A DNA stretch of 45,039 nucleotides from positions 1 through 45,039 of the forward strand of contig DASXTS010000392.1 of NCBI GenBank assembly GCA_036505275.1, in the 5' to 3' direction. How positions within the stretch are numbered: the stretch's first letter is position 1; the number at the start of each line of letters is the position of its first letter. A model generated the notes under the pieces. The model did no database searches, had not been told where the DNA came from, and was given only the letters and a program-made list of their open reading frames with translations. The position numbers were made by a program, and so were the translations under genes. The DNA comes from Pseudonocardiaceae bacterium. GTDB taxonomy: Bacteria; Actinomycetota; Actinomycetes; Mycobacteriales; Pseudonocardiaceae. Positions 43,268 to 45,039 of the stretch are shown piece after piece.

Positions 43268-45039
43268 ATGCAGCACGACCGCACCGGAGGACGGCCGGAT
43301 GACGAGGACGGCCGGGCCCGCAGCGCCGCGGAGCTCCATCGACAGATCGGGTTCCTTGAGGACGAAGTGGCGTTGCTTCGTCGCAAGCTCACCGAGTCAC
43401 CACGACACGTCCGGCTGCTGGAGGAACGGCTGGCCGATGCGTCGGCGCGGGTCGGGCAGCTGACCGAACGAAACGCGAAGCTGATCGACACGCTCAAGGA
43501 CGCGCGAAACCAGCTCATGGCGCTGCGCGAGGAGGTCGATCGGCTGGCCCAGCCGCCGAGCGGCTACGGCATCTTCCTCTCATTGTTCGAGGACGGCACG
43601 GTGGACTTGTTCACCGCTGGCCGCAAGATGCGCGTCGCGGTCTCCCCGACCGTGGAGGGCGACCAATTGCGCCGTGGCCAGTCGGTGCGACTGAACGAGG
43701 CGCTGACCGTAGTCGAGGCCGGCTCGTTCGAGTCGATCGGCGAGGTGTGCGCGCTGCGCGAGGTGATGGCCGACGGCCATCGCGCGCTGGTCGTCGGGCA
43801 CGCCGACGAGGAGCGGGTGGTGTGGCTCTCGGAGCCACTTGCCGAGTCGCCGCTCAAGCCGGGCGACTCGCTGCTGGTCGACACCAAGGCCGGCTACGCC
43901 TACGAGCGGGTGCCCAAGGCCGAGGTCGAAGACCTGCTGCTGGAAGAGGTGCCCGACGTCGACTACGCCGACATCGGTGGCCTGTCCCGGCAGATCGAGC
44001 AGATCCGCGACGCGGTCGAGCTGCCGTTCCTGCACGCCGAGCTGTTCCGCGAGTACTATCTGCGCCCGCCGAAGGGCGTGCTGCTCTACGGCCCTCCCGG
44101 CTGCGGCAAGACCCTGATCGCAAAGGCGGTGGCGAACTCGCTGGCCAAGCAGGTCGCCGCGAGCAGGGCCGCCGCGGCGCCGGACGAGGAGGCCGAGCCC
44201 GGCGAGGCGAAGTCGTACTTCCTCAACATCAAGGGTCCGGAGCTGCTGAACAAGTTCGTCGGCGAGACCGAGCGGCACATTCGGCTGATCTTCCAGCGGG
44301 CCCGTGAGAAGGCCTCCGAGGGCACCCCGGTGATCGTGTTCTTCGACGAGATGGACTCCATCTTCCGCACCCGCGGATCCGGCGTTTCCTCGGACGTGGA
44401 GACCACCATCGTGCCGCAGCTGCTGAGCGAGATCGACGGCGTGGAGGGCCTGGAGAACGTCATCGTCATCGGCGCGTCCAACCGCGAGGACATGATCGAC
44501 CCTGCCATCCTGCGGCCGGGCCGGCTGGACGTGAAGATCAAGATCGAGCGCCCGGACGCCGAGGCGGCCAAGGACATCTTCTCCAAGTACCTGATCACCG
44601 GCCTGCCGATCCACGCCGACGACCTCGCCGAGTTCGGCGGCGACAAGGCGGCCTGCGTCGACGCGATGATCCAGACCACGGTCGAGCGGATGTACGACGA
44701 GACGGAGGAGAACCGGTTCCTGGAGGTCACCTACGCCAACGGCGACAAGGAGGTCCTGTACTTCCGCGACTTCAACTCCGGCGCCATGATCCAGAACATC
44801 GTGGACCGGGCGAAGAAGTCCGCCATCAAGTCGGTGCTGGAGACCGGCCAGCCCGGGCTGCGCGTGCAGCACCTGCTGGACGCCATCGTCGACGAGTTCG
44901 CCGAGAACGAGGACCTGCCCAACACCACCAACCCGGACGACTGGGCCCGCATCTCCGGCAAGAAGGGCGAGCGCATCGTCTACATCCGCACGCTGGTCAC
45001 CGGCAAGACCGCCGAGTCCGGCCGGGCCATCGACACCGC
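43268..45039 (+). CDS. arc: proteasome-associated AAA+ ATPase (ARC/Mpa); the 3' end runs off the right edge
   Basis: Not in the supplied ORF track because no stop lies within the window. I translated it by hand. GGAGGAGG lies 7 nt upstream of ATG 43268. The product has a coiled-coil N-terminus ([12 protein letters not shown]...), OB-domain region, Walker A GPPGCGKT, Walker [10 protein letters not shown] and later LRPGRLD. Confidence 0.9.
   Translation, partial: MQHDRTGGRPDDEDGRARSAAELHRQIGFLEDEVALLRRKLTESPRHVRLLEERLADASARVGQLTERNAKLIDTLKDARNQLMALREEVDRLAQPPSGYGIFLSLFEDGTVDLFTAGRKMRVAVSPTVEGDQLRRGQSVRLNEALTVVEAGSFESIGEVCALREVMADGHRALVVGHADEERVVWLSEPLAESPLKPGDSLLVDTKAGYAYERVPKAEVEDLLLEEVPDVDYADIGGLSRQIEQIRDAVELPFLHAELFREYYLRPPKGVLLYGPPGCGKTLIAKAVANSLAKQVAASRAAAAPDEEAEPGEAKSYFLNIKGPELLNKFVGETERHIRLIFQRAREKASEGTPVIVFFDEMDSIFRTRGSGVSSDVETTIVPQLLSEIDGVEGLENVIVIGASNREDMIDPAILRPGRLDVKIKIERPDAEAAKDIFSKYLITGLPIHADDLAEFGGDKAACVDAMIQTTVERMYDETEENRFLEVTYANGDKEVLYFRDFNSGAMIQNIVDRAKKSAIKSVLETGQPGLRVQHLLDAIVDEFAENEDLPNTTNPDDWARISGKKGERIVYIRTLVTGKTAESGRAIDT

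Overview
This is a very GC-rich actinobacterial chromosomal segment; mshC, the Pup-proteasome accessory genes and the codon bias all fit Actinomycetota. The backbone follows the well-known mycobacterial Rv2115c-Rv2141c neighbourhood. On that backbone I recognise an M20 peptidase, an LppL-like lipoprotein with DUF5703, uppP, and the phosphomutase/DUF3090/PI-kinase-like trio. It continues with mshC, a PAC2 protein, metH, hisE-hisG, a RecB/Cas4-like nuclease, an M50 protease, trmI and arc/mpa. The arc gene runs off the right edge and is absent from the supplied ORF track.

Accessory material is inserted between these backbone genes:
- a DrrAB-like ABC exporter next to tRNA-Leu(GAG)
- an S9 peptidase
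- an APH-like kinase
- a GH15 hydrolase
- an AAA+/VWA gene pair
- two P450s, one of them with an FAD monooxygenase and a thioesterase
- a LolA/RseB-like protein with an ABC-2 transporter
- a lipase

There are two decay zones. One is a set of fragmented or frameshifted genes beside the tRNA. The other is a collapsed MMPL remnant.

The most unusual signals are non-coding:
1. The whole mshC/PAC2 convergent spacer is a phased 22-bp repeat array with a GTGTCCGCG core that flips orientation midway.
2. A 46-bp inverted-repeat element occurs three times. Each copy sits just upstream of a -10 hexamer and a leaderless start codon. Two copies share about 80% identity right through to the ATG of unrelated genes.
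3. A perfect GTTCGC-N5-GCGAAC (ClgR-type) palindrome lies between the GH15 gene and the AAA+/VWA operon.

Many genes appear leaderless, with TAnnnT placed 6-8 nt before the start codon. All calls come from reading the sequence and translations by eye; no searches were run.
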